Assembly: GCF_024521635.1 (NCBI RefSeq)
Contig: NW_026250417.1
Coordinates: 124,001 to 188,000 of the forward strand
Direction: 5' to 3'
DNA length: 64,000 bases
Source of the DNA: Tricharina praecox
Taxonomy: Eukaryota
The translations under genes were made by a program, and so were the position numbers. The notes under the pieces were generated by a model. It did no database searches. It was not told the DNA's origin and saw only the letters and a program-made list of their open reading frames with translations. Below are positions 36,401 through 48,808 of the stretch, piece by piece (position 1 is the stretch's first letter; each line of letters opens with the position of its first letter).

Positions 36401-39400
36401 CAGGCAGGGAGCTGGGGAAGAGCACTGGGGGCAGGCCCTGAAATACCCGAAAGGCGAAGGCGAACGAACGTCGACCGACCAACTACGGGAGAAGCATCGG
36501 GGGACCCGGGGGTGGGCTTCTAGTGCGCGATGGCGCTGATGCGACCCCCGGAATACCAGGCATAGTACAGAGCACAGAGAGCGAGAGATAGATAGAAAGA
36601 TAGAAAGATAGCGATATGATAGCCAACTGAACTGCACTGAACTGAACTGAACTGCGCTCCTTCAAACAAGCAAGTAAGCGCTCGCTCGCGCGGATAGGTA
36701 ACAGTCGACCCCTATTCTGCTATTCTGATTCTGGGTACTCCATCCACCTGTGGTCCTGTGCTGCTGAGTATGGTCCATGTATGTACGGATCCTGCAGTCT
36801 TTTGTTCCCCCCCCCCAAACGATACGATAGAGTACATACGACACGATACGATGCGCCCAGCATCCAGCACCTGCGCCTGCACGGTACTTTCTCCATCACA
36901 GTACATCACGGTGCATTTATACCTGGTACGGTGGGTGGTGGTTAGTACCACTGTCCACAGTCCACTGCGCACAAGATGTATTATGTCTCCATCCAAGTCA
37001 CGCGCGCAAGCAAAGCAGGTCCTTAGCAACATACAACCTACGGTACTCTAGTATGTAGAAAACTCCCGGCCGTAACAGCATAACAGGCCCAAAATGCCCA
37101 AGAGCAAGAGCGAGCTGGATTCTGGAAGCCAAGTGACAAGTGACAAGTCTCCGTCGCCACCGGCGTCCCACCCCTTCCCTCCCCCATATCCCCCAGCCCA
37201 TCCCCCAGTCCATCCCCCAGTCCAGCCTTGGAAGTTGAAACAAAGCCCAGCCTCAGTGCGCACGGGAACTTGGAAGCCCGCCCAAGCCCACCCGAGCCGC
37301 CATCCTCTACTCACATGGCCGGAAAGACTTATCGCCCCCCTGTTAGATGTGTGGCTGAGGATGTTCAATTCCTACGGTGAGTCAATCACAGCCACAGATA
37401 TAACAGGGGGGGATAAGTCTTTCCGGCCGTGTGAGTACAGAGTAACTGGGCATCTAATCTGATCTTATACCATCCAACACATTTATGTACGGTGCTGCAC
37501 CCGGGATCCGCAAAATGATCACGAGTCCCGCCTGAGGTACCGCTACCCTATGGATGGCCGGTTGGCGGCTCTTTGCTCTTCGCTCTTGAGTCTTTGCTCT
37601 TCGCTCTTGAGTCTTTGCTCTTTGCCCTTCGTCGGCGGTCGATGCGATGCGAAGGGGATGCGATGGAAATCTCCACGGAATAAACGGAATAAACGGAATA
37701 CTAGTAGAGCAGACCTTCCTCCCACTCTGTATGGTAGATAACGTCCAATCGCAGCGCCTCACATTTGTTTTGTTTTCATCCTCCTCCTCCTCACCTAGGT
37801 ATAAGTTGTGCGCGTTTCTGCGCAACTCCGGACTCCCATCCACCCATTCCTGATGATCATTCCTGATGCTGGAAGATGCTGGATGATGTTTGTTGTTGAG
37901 AACTGATCGGAGAGTTCGCGCGGGTTCCAGGCATCTACCATACTCTATTCCACTATTCTGGGTATTCTAGGTAGTTACTAGCATGGTCATTGGTTAGTTG
38001 GTAAACCACCCAGGCGTGTCTCCCTTTCCTTTTCCCTTTCCTTTTTCGTCTGTATGTTAGGATGTATGTTAGGATGTATGCAGCTCCGCCCGAGTCGACA
38101 TCATCCCCCCCCCACAGTAAAAAAAGAATGGCCTGATTGATCGTTGCGGACGCGGGGGAGGTCCCCGCGAGGAGACGGGGGGATGATCAGCCATCACGCA
38201 TTTACATAGCAGCAGACTGCAGACTACCGGGCATGTAGATATGTGGAGTACGGTAGTATGTAGATCCTCATTGACTGTTGACTGTCAAGCACACACCTAC
38301 CGGTACTTAGGTAGAGGAGCGGCTGGCTGGCTGGCTGACGGATTGGCTGGCGGATTGGCTGTCTGGCTGGTTGGCTGGCGGGCTGGCTGGCGGATTGGTC
38401 GGTCGGTCGGTCGGTCGGGAGCTGCGGCTAGGTTGGGAGCTGGGCTGGCAGTGGGCGGCGTCGGATCCGTCGACATCGAAACGTGTCGCTGGATGGTTTT
38501 CCTCACATAATCCTCCTTTTGTCCCCTCTGCGTCCGCAAGCCGTTCGGTGCATGTGGAGATCGACGGTACAGCACATTACAGCCAATAACTCGAGTGTGA
38601 AACCGAGACGGGGTAAACACTGCTGCTGCTGCCTTCAGTACTTCGCTCTTGACCTTTGACTCAACGTCTGTAGACTCCGAAGGATCGGAGGTAACTCTAA
38701 GAGCTCGGAAGTGCTGGCGGGATACGGTATCATAATAGGATACCTATCATAGGATGACTACCATAGGATAGATAAACGAGAATCTGCACTTTTTAAGTTT
38801 GGACTGCAGCAGTTGATGAAACGTGTTGCAGTCGAGTCACGGCGAGGTGCGCGCGGGGGGCTTAATTAATGGGGAGGGGGGTCCTCGATGGGGTAGGCTG
38901 TTCCGAGGAGTTCAGGTCGAGTCGCCATACATATGTCGATACCGGTACTTATCTATGGGGGCCAAATGTAAGTCGGTAGGTACGATTCGCGATACGGATA
39001 TCTATCAGACATCCCTATCCCAAGATATCGAACGTGGCCCATCCAGCTAGAGTACATACCCAGGCGGGTATCGGACGTGCCGGCCGCTTTGATCCCACAG
39101 TGCCCACATCAAGCTGGAGCTGGCCATTGCGCCGGCTCCCCGTGCGGGCCGCGTCTATCGCGTTTGCACGGTGCGGCACGGATGCAGATGGCAGATGGCA
39201 GATATAGTAGTGCTCTATATGCCCTATGATAGTACCATGGAGTCCACCTCCCTCCGGGCTTCCGCTCGCCTTGACTACTACTTTAAACTCAGAGCTCTCG
39301 AGCTCATGCATACTATACACATGATCGATCGTCCGGCCAGCTACCCACCTACCCACCTTCATACAACGCATAACCACCATCACAGTACTTACTCCCTCAT

Positions 39401-42400
39401 TACCATCCGCAACACCCCCAAACTATCCGTTCCGCGCCGCACTCTCCATACTCCATGCTCCATGCTCCAGCTTCAGCTTCAGCTCCAGCTCCAAGCTCCA
39501 AGCTCCATGCATACCAAGCCCGAGCACTCTATCTGCTACCGTTGCTGCTGCTGCTGCCATTACCATTACCATTACCGTTGCCGTTCCCATTGGTCGTTGG
39601 TCGTTGTCATTGTCGTTGACGCGCCGGATCCAGCAGTACATAGCAGCAACAGCAACAGCAACACTCTTCTGGACTATGCATGTGTGTGTGTGCGTGCGTG
39701 AGGGTGTGGGATAAGCTTTTGCGATACACGACACCCACGACACCCACGACACACACGTCGGACGCGACTTTCTGTTCGCGTCCGATATGCTGCTGCTTGC
39801 TGCTGCGGTGGTGGTGGTGGGTGGGTTTACGAGGGTGGTGGTGGGTGCGCAAACGGACCGACTCAATCCGACTCAATCCGAGTGAACTCAACTCAACTCA
39901 CTTTGTGGTATAGTATGGGTAGTATAGGTACATGTCAGTGCTCAGATCTCAGAGCTATGTAAGAGTAATCTCCGTTATCGACCCGGAGGCCCCGACGAGC
40001 ACGTACAGATGGACATGCATACATGCATCCATACCATCTGTACAGACATGCATCCATACAGACATGCACCCATACATCATACGTAAGTACGTATGTGTGT
40101 AAGCACCTAGGGAAGTATACCTAATGAACCCAATGAGCCTATGATGTATTTATTTATATATGCGTGCGTGCGTAGTAGTACGTATCATACATGTGTATCT
40201 ACATAGAGTAGAGTGTGGTATGCATAGGAGGTGAGTGATATACATGATGGGAGATTGGGATTTGCTCCGGGATTTCCTCCGGGGTGGGGGAGATAACCCG
40301 CAACGTCCGTGAGCCTCGGGATGCGGGACGTCGGATGCGGACGGACGTCGGTAGTTTATCGTTTGGGGGCTGGCTTCTAGAAGGAGTATATTTATGGGCG
40401 AGGCTGGGATGGGAACATTGGGAGGTGGGGAGGTTTTGCATAGAGTGGATTGCCTGCGGCGTGCGGCGTGCTTTGGATGCACGCGAGGAACTCGGGGTTG
40501 GGGATTGGGGTCGAGGAAGGAAGAAAGGAAGGAGGGAGGGAGGGGGAGGGGGGAGAGTGGAAGGGCGGGTAGCTAGGCGGGAGTAGGCGGGTGAGATGGG
40601 GGCGGGCGGGTCGGTGGGTGCGTAGGTGCGTGGGTGGGTGACGGGCGTGTGAATCATAATCCGTGATTGAGCATGCTGCTTGGGCTTGAAGACGTGATCC
40701 GTGAGCGATCGGGCTGGGTACGATAAGAACAATGGCATTTGACCGTTCGATTCCAGTGGCTGCTGGGAAGTGTTTCCTCGGCTGAATGTGGCTATGGCTG
40801 GGTATGGCTACGGTAGATCGATGAGTGAGTCATGGTGTGTCAAGACCTCCCGTGCTTGGTAGCAGGAGAAGGGGAGGGGGAGGAGGAGGATCGAGCCCTA
40901 AGGATGATACGTACCGTACTGGCGTTGTAGAGGCGTAGGGTACCAAGACGTATGCAAGGCATGAATGGATGGGTGGTAGTGTTGCATCCCATCCCGGTAC
41001 ATATCCGTCCGTGGGCGGGCTGACGACACAATTGCTGGATCTTCAAATTTCACGCCCGCAATCGAGTATGACCCAACGTCGAGAACATCCTGCTTCAATA
41101 ATCTGCTGAAGCTACTGTAAGTACCTCTGAATTGTTGCTGGTGCCAATATGCATAGTACATATGGCTTCCGTTCTTTCCCCGGCCTTGTGTCACTCGTGT
41201 GTCATTGGCTGTAGAGAAACCGCGGAAGTGCTGTTTCGCTTTGTGTGGTCGTGACCGTGGTTATTTCTGTCGCCGGAAGAGGGTGTGGTTTCGATTCTGG
41301 GCGAAGGGCTAGGACATGACCATGGTAGTGGATGGAAGTGGGCACTGGGGGGTACATCGAGGGTGGTGACACTCGATGTCCGGTTTACTGGCCCGGGCTG
41401 GGCGTGTCGACTAGGCCGGGCAATGTGTGTCGAGAAATGATGTACGGATGTTCGAATGAAGACATAGCTGCTAGTAGTCCACTGCTGCGGACTAAATCCG
41501 TTAAGTTAACGAACGTGAAACTGATCGCGAGTGATGTTGCATGACCAAACGTGGGGCCATTCATCAGCTCCGAAACACAGAGAATCAGGGCGCAAGACAT
41601 CGTCTGAGCTAATTGCAGCGGCAAGTCGATATTCCAAGAACCGAGCAAGGCTCAATAGCGTCTCCCGGTATGAATATCATTCGATCACTCAATATCACGT
41701 TCAAACTTCACTTCCTCGCCATGTCCACTGGCGCTAGGTATCGGGCGATCGATGAAGAAACAAAAGCCCAAGCCCATTCACTGTCGCTATCCGGCTGGCT
41801 GCAGTCCCATGTCCAAAAGCAACTACGGAGCTCCATTCCCGATGCGAGTCTTGGAACAGTGGTGGCCTTCCATCACCCACAACAACGCCAACACCAATGG
41901 CAACCGCTCATCGCTCGACCGGCATACGACTTTGCCGGAGTGACGAGCTTTGTTTCTTTGCGCACTGCGGCCTGTGGAATGGGTTAGCGACCCTGTATCC
42001 ATTCAGATTGAATCTTTACGTGTGTACATACCACCGGGTGCTCCCGTCGCCGTAGCCCGCTCCCGCCATCCGCGACACACACAACAATTCTCTACGGTAT
42101 CTGCCCTTGGGGGGCAGATCTACCCTAACCAACCCGTGGAGCGTGTCTCCGGATCCACGGCTGCCACTGTCACCAGCGTCGAGCTGAGCAACCGATCGAT
42201 CTCAGTATCAAACCAGTATTATCTTCCTCGAAGCCGAACTTTGTAGAGTACTCTGCGTAATGAATGTCTAAGGAACAGTATTAGCTGCTGCCAATCCCCA
42301 GATGATCACCGTAAACCAGGCGACAATCTACACTGTTGCTGCTCCGTGGGCGTCAGTGGTGGGCATGGGGCTGTCGCTGGGCAACTGATCGTTAAGAAAA

Positions 42401-43267
42401 AGGTAGAGGGACTTGGAAGCCGTGCTCTGATCTTGTGATGGTATGTAGCAGCGTCACGCAGTATATAAGCATAATGGTTGAAGCCTTTGCATGAAACGGT
42501 TTCATGGTGTAGTTGGTTATCACATGTGTCTAACACACACAAGGTCCCCAGATCGAGCCTGGGTGAAATCACTTCTTACTTTCTTTTTTGTTTTTATTAC
42601 CTGTATTGTGCATCTTCATATTTGGTAGGTTTTTAGCTCTACAAGATTCGATTTTTTTTTGGAAATGGTGAATGATTACTCGAGTGATCTCATGTGGGTG
42701 GCTTTATACCGTGATAACTCACATAAGAGGTGACGTCTCAGTTCTGCTTTCCTGACGCTTGGCGCACAGATTGTTGCCCGAGCAGGAAAGAAAATAAATA
42801 AAAGTGTCTAATGTTTTCCCAAAACACAAGTCAAGATTCCCGATATGGCAGGACAGTTGCCAGATACTGCAATAAAAATATTACCTCTCATGTGAGTTAT
42901 CACTGTAAATTCATGTAGCTTGGTGGTAATGTGTGCTCCACCCGACTGTAGCATCCTAGAAACAGGCCCGTCATGGGAAAGCGGTCCAAGGGCATCCGAG
43001 CATGAGTGTAGCGGGCAAGAAGGTATCCCGTTTTGGCCAGCTACAGGACTGCTCCGTGTTGAGACGGGTTGGCCGACTTCTACTGCCTTCTTCCTTCTCT
43101 CTCCCACTTCTGTCCTTCTCCTTCTTTCCATCTCCTCCATCCTCACCTTTCTTCTTTTCTTTCTCCTCCACCCGTCTTTGTTCTTTTGCTTCATCTTGGA
43201 ACTTGCTTGCTATCTTCTGTCCCTCAGAGTCCATTCACAATCACAATCGTTCAGAATTTCCATCATC

Positions 43268-44623
43268 ATGAAGACCTCCGTCGTCATCACCCTCATCTCC
43301 GCCATTCTCGGTCTGGCTGTAGCCAACCTAGTCGACAAGCAGCAGCTTTGCACTGACGTCTGCTGGACTTATGATGTCAACAATCACGCTGACTGCCAGA
43401 AGCGTTGCATGGATAGCCAGGTATGGGGTTCGAGATGATGATGATGATGATGATGATGATGGTGCTTCTGTTTGACTGGGCTGACGGGAGGGACAGAGGC
43501 CTACCGCTGATGAGGCTGGACAGTGCCAGTCGTGCATCGTAAGTTCACTGCCTGATGATACTCGATATGCGCTGACGAAGTTGTGTTCTAGAACGACTGT
43601 GCTGCTTACCTCTCCGAGTCGAGGAACGTTGCTATCTACACCGAGTGTAGAGGTGGATGCTTCGCCAAATAGTGAGCTTTCTGACTGATATATTTATTGC
43701 AGCTTCATTGACACAGGACTACAGCTTCCCCACGTTCGCTGGAGGAAAGAGGGCCGTCAAGGCTGCACACAAGCAGAAGGAGCACATTCCGGGCCTCCCA
43801 TCTAGCATTCACCTTCGTCTTGGTGGTGCCAGCTATCCCGTCGAAGATCGTATCTGCGAGGTCTCGTGCCGAGCAAAAGGTGCTGACAACATCTTGGCCA
43901 ATGGTGATGGTGCCATGGACACTTGTCTGAAGGGCTGCAAGAGATCTCCGGTAGGTGTTGTTGCTCGTGGCTGGTGATATGTAATGATGCTGACATCCTG
44001 CTAGAGCACTCGGGAGCAGGAACTTCAGATGTCTCTCGACTGCAACAAGGAGTGTGCAAATAATGGAAAGATTGCGGACGGATGCCTGGAGCCCTGCATC
44101 GTGAAGCAGTACGTTCTTCAATGCGAACTACATGACGTGCTATGTGCTGACTTTCAGAAGTGCCCGATCCAGGAACCCCGCCTTTCCTATTGCTCTCAAC
44201 AATGTCACAGCTCCGGCAGCAACAGTTAACGATAGTTCCGCGAATGCTGTGCCAATCGTCGATGTCGTGCCAACCACATCGAATGGTACTTTCATCGCTC
44301 CTACCGCACCCGTCGTACCTGTCGCCGTTGCCCCGCACAAAGCTAGCTCAGCCCGCACTTCTACAAAGCCCAACAAGTCAAAGTCGACTGCCAAAGCCGT
44401 AGAAGTCGTGGCCGCTTCTGAATCTGCCACCGCTTCCGAATCGGAGGTTCTATCCAAGACTTCCACTGCCGTTATCGAGAGTGCTACTTCGAAGTCGGAC
44501 CAGAAGAAGGCGGAGCGAATCAGCGCTGCTGCTGGCCAGTCGTACTTTGAGTCAGCTTCATTCTGGTTCCATGCCGCTGGTACTCTTACTATTGCTATGA
44601 TTGTTGGATTCCAGCTTGTTTAA
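43268..44623 (+). CDS. Secreted cysteine-rich, Ser/Thr/Ala-rich, probably GPI-anchored cell-surface protein (6 exons)
   Basis: Signal peptide MKTSVVITLISAILGLAVA and several CxxxC motifs (CTDVC, CQKRC, CINDC, CEVSC, CLKGC, CNKEC, CLEPC). S/T/A-rich stalk and hydrophobic C-terminus ..AAGTLTIAMIVGFQLV*. The donor of intron 3 is ambiguous. Confidence 0.75.
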
Positions 44624-44809
44624 CTAATTGTGATCGTCGAGACGGTTTATTGGTGGTTTGTTTTATGCTATAACTTTTGCCCTGATGGCTTATTGGACTT
44701 GAGAACACTTGTGTATTGTTGGAAGTCCACGGATGAACTGTTGTTGATGATTTGACTTGTTGCTTCTGTATAACCTAGTCTAAATGTCCTTTTACCCAAT
44801 CAATCCGCC

Positions 44810-45762
44810 TCATTCTTGTGTCTTTTCTGCTCCTTTCAGTGCCGTCCACGCAATGACGCAAGTAGAATGCACCGCGAACTCGTCTTTATCGTTACGTTCT
44901 AGGTCCCCTGCATTGTCCAATATCCTATCGAACTTTGTCCTCAGTTCCTATCAACCGTTCAGTCAGACTGCCTTTCATCACTAGTGAATTCAATCGAGAC
45001 ATACCTCCTTCTCCTTTTCTCCTTGAATCGCAATATTACTCAATGTGTTCAATCTCTCCCACAAACCCTCCCTACCTACCCAGAAGACCTCCCGAAAGAG
45101 CCTTTCCTCAACCGGGTTGAATGGTTGATCATTACCAGCGGCAAACACACACCTCCACAGTCCATCCTTAAACCGTAGTGCATCATCGGTCGTATACTGC
45201 CAATTCAGATCCCGCATAGAGCTCTCCCACGCAGTTTCGCACTCGAATATCCGCGACTGGTTGTAGTCCTCTACATTCCAGATCAGTCCCAACGTCCCGG
45301 GACCGGAAGGATTGAGAACGCGCGCGATGGAGGTGAGTGCCTCGGTCGTGGCGAACCAGTGGAATGCCTGTCTTCGTCAACTAACAGACACCAGGTAGGA
45401 GAAGGGGGGGGGAGGGTAGTTACTTGAGCAGTAATGACCGTATCCGCCCAACCATCCTCGACCGGAATATCTACGGCGCTTCCCTTCTTCACCTCGACTG
45501 GCAGCTTCTTCTCGCGCAGCACATCCGCCATGGCATCATGTGGCTCCACGGCAACGATCTTGCCAGACTCGCTGAACAGCGGTACGAGGAGCTCGGTGAA
45601 CTTGCCGGTGCCGGATGCGAGCTCGAGAATTTTCGGGGATTCCGGGAGGCCCAGGCTCGATATCAGGAAAGAGACCGCGGCAGGATGGTAACTCGGGCGG
45701 TGTGCATCGTAGCTGTCGGCGGCCGTGAAGCCGGTGGCTGCTATGGGGTTTAGGGTGGTCAT
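44810..45762 (-). CDS. Class I SAM-dependent methyltransferase (Methyltransf_11-like; 3 exons)
   Basis: YDAHRPSY, ILELASGTGKFT, VAVEPH, GSAVDIP..ADTVITAQ|AFHWF..IARVLNPSGPGTLGLIWN. The last exon ends ..EKTQE*. Confidence 0.9.
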
Positions 45763-46198
45763 TGCTGTGAAGTGGGGATGCGTGCGGGGACGATCATGCC
45801 CATGTGAGCTGTCATTGTTATATCTGTAGTATCGCTCGTTGCTTAGTCAGGATCATGAGGGGAAAGGCAGGGACCTTCTCCCCTCATGAGCCTACAGAGG
45901 AGTCATTTCCAGATGACTCCTTCCACACAATGCACAGCGAATACCCGGTACAGTCACTATTTTCGCCAGAGGGGGTGGTGAGTTTTGAGGATCACGACAT
46001 CTAGATTACTATTTTAACCGAAGCGATAAGCTCCCGAGCGTGCCGAGTTGCACATCCGAGTTAGGTACCCTTGTCGGGACCTGCTTCCGTTTAAAGACCC
46101 TTACAAGTACCCATGCACCGAGCTCCATTCACCTGGTATGGCCAACCTCTACTCCCACCACCTCCTCCGAAGACATTCGCACTCTACGCACATCAGCC

Positions 46199-47669
46199 AT
46201 GGGTAAACTCCCTTTCTACACCTACAGCTCCGGCGATGAAGCTAGCACGCCCATCACGTCTCGCCGCAAACGTCTCACGGCCGTGGCCCTCATTGTTCTC
46301 CTGTTTTTCTATGCCATGACCTTTGGATGTGCGCGTCCTCCGCCGCCGGTTGTATCGCTTGAACACCGTGTCGAGCGAATATTGAAGGCCACGCCATTAA
46401 TCGGTATGCTCCGCCCCCCTCCCCCCTCCCCCTCCCCCTCCCGCTGCCCCCTTCCTCTTGAATACGGTGAATTAGTGCTGACGACGACGCGTTATCAGAC
46501 ACACATGTGGACCTCCCGATCCTCATACGCGCCAAATTCCACAACCAGATCTACGGGAGCAACTTCACGTTCCGCACCGGGCTAGTGGGGGACGTCGACA
46601 TTCCCCGGCTCGAGAGTGGCCATGTCGGTGGGATGTTCTGGAGCGTATTCATGCCATGTCCCGCGAGCCCTGACGACTTCAGCGATGCGACGTATCTCAG
46701 CTTAGTCAGGGAGACATTCCAGCAGATCGATCTCGTTCACAGGCTTGTGGATGAGTACCCCGACGTCCTTGCCTTCGCCACGACGCCCGAGGCGGCGATG
46801 GAAGCCCACCGTAACGGGAAGGTTGCCTCCATGATCGGTGTCGAGGGGCTGCATCAGATCGGTAACTCGCCGGCTGTATTGAGGATGTACCATCAACTGG
46901 GTGTGAGATATATCACGCTTACGCATGTGTGCAACAATAAGTACGCGGATGGTGCGGCGGCTCTTAGTGGGGCTAAATGGGGCGGGTTGAGTGATGACGG
47001 GGTAAAAATGGTCCGGGAGATGAATCGACTCGGCATGATGGTGGATCTTTCGCATGTTACAGACGAGACGATGAGGGACGTCTTGAAAGTGGCAAGAGCG
47101 CCAGTTATTTTCTCGCACTCTTCGGCGTAACTATGTCCCCGTTCCTTTGGAAAACTGGCTAGTTGGCTGACAAAATATGGTAGCTATGCGATCTGCCCGC
47201 ACCCAAGGAACGTTCCCGACGATGTGCTGCACAAGGTCAAGGCCAACAACGGCGTGGTTCAAGTCAACTTCTACAGTCTATTTGTCCATTGCGGCGAAGG
47301 GAGGGATCCAAAGGATGCTACACTGGCCATGGTTGCCGATCATATTCAGTACATTGGAGAGCTGATTGGGTATGAGCATGTCGGCCTTGGGTCAGATTTC
47401 GATGGTATATCTTTCCTCATGGATCGTATCACTGGATTGTGCTAACTGAAGTGACAGGTATCGATATGGCGCCGAAGGGTCTGGAGGATGTAAGCAAGTA
47501 TCCGGACCTCTTGAAGGAACTTCTGGCAAGAGGAGTGACGGATGGCCAGGCGGGGATGATCGCTGGTGGAAATATTATCCGTGTGTGGAAGGATGTGGAG
47601 CGTGTTGCTCAGGAAATGCAGGCCGCGGAGACAGAGATTTTGGAGGAAGAATTAGACCCTCTCTGGTGA
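46199..47669 (+). CDS. Membrane (renal-type, M19) dipeptidase with N-terminal TM anchor
   Basis: TPLI|DTHVDLP, VDIPRL..GGMFWSVF, GVEGLHQIG, YITLTHVCNN, MMVDLSHV, PVIFSHSSA, HPRNVPD and HVGLGSDFDG. Confidence 0.93.
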
Positions 47670-47731
47670 ATGTTGCAATTATATATACACACAATATATA
47701 CACCACCAATAGGTAGCTCTCATAGATCACT

Positions 47732-48467
47732 TCAATCCTTCACTGTCGAACTCGAGTTTGCTAAACTCAAATAAACCCCCCATGCCACCCCCACAGTGGC
47801 CGCAAACGGCATCTGAAACTTCAACGGCAAAAACCTGAAGTTTACCCACTGTACTGCTGGCCAGATGAGATAATTCGCTTTCATCGCGGGGATATAAACA
47901 TTGTCCAACCGCTTCTTCAGCGCCTCCATCCCGCCGCCTTCGGCGAAACTCACATATGTGAAGAAACCCAACAACCCCACTGGCGCGAACAACAGCTGAT
48001 CTAGCGCCACGCGCTTCAGCAGCGGGCGCACGCCCTGAGCTTTCGACAGCGGGAAAGACCGATGCAGGAACTGCAGCCATTTGAACTGGACGGGCGCCAC
48101 GATGAAGCCCCAGCTCGCAAAACGCGCGAGGCGGGCGAAATCGAAACTGGTTGATGCGGGCGAGGTCGGGATAAGCTCCGACCCCGCGTGCGGAAGCTTC
48201 TCGAGGATTTTTTCGTCGATGTTTAAAGCGAGCTTTTGTGGCGCCGTCAGCGGTCGCGAAGTGTGCAATAGCCGCTGTCGCACGTGCGTGACCGTTTGCG
48301 CGGTCGTGTCGGCCACGCCGCCGAGGACCTGGATTGCATGTTAGTGGTGGTCGTGGTGAAAGGGGGGATGATGGTGTACGTACGAGGTTTGTGAGCATCA
48401 TTGTCAGCACGGGACGCTTGTTGAAGGCGTGGTCATAGCGGCGGAGGAGTTGAGCGAATACAGTCAT
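47732..48467 (-). CDS. Mpv17/PMP22 family membrane protein
   Basis: RPVLTMMLTNL|VLGGVADTTAQ, FDFARLARF, KRVALDQLLFAP and NYLIWPAVQWVNFRFLP. Confidence 0.92.
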
Positions 48468-48808
48468 TCTTCTGGAGGCGTTGTCGTAGTTAGTGGGCAG
48501 TGTTGAATGAAGGCCTGAAGATACTTCGCTCTCACAATCGTATCAATGACCCTATCTACCCGAGTGCTAAATCGTGATGTCACACTCCCGATCCGTCGTG
48601 ACGTACCGTGCCAAGGATCCCGCACCAGCAACCGACACCTCTGCATGCAATCGGAGATAATTTTATCGAGCAACGAACCAACGAAGGAAACAACCCGTTT
48701 CTCCAGACTCCTGGCTCACCACAGCACGAAAACGACGACGGCAGCGGCCAACGTCCGCCGAGGAATTCCAATTCCAAACGGCGGAATAATAATTTACTGG
48801 CAGCCATA

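Noticed and set aside
44810..47669. Methyltransferase + dipeptidase as a gliotoxin-type (GliN/GliJ) secondary metabolite cluster
   Set aside because: No NRPS, P450, GST or transporter nearby. The dipeptidase has an N-terminal membrane anchor like housekeeping forms.
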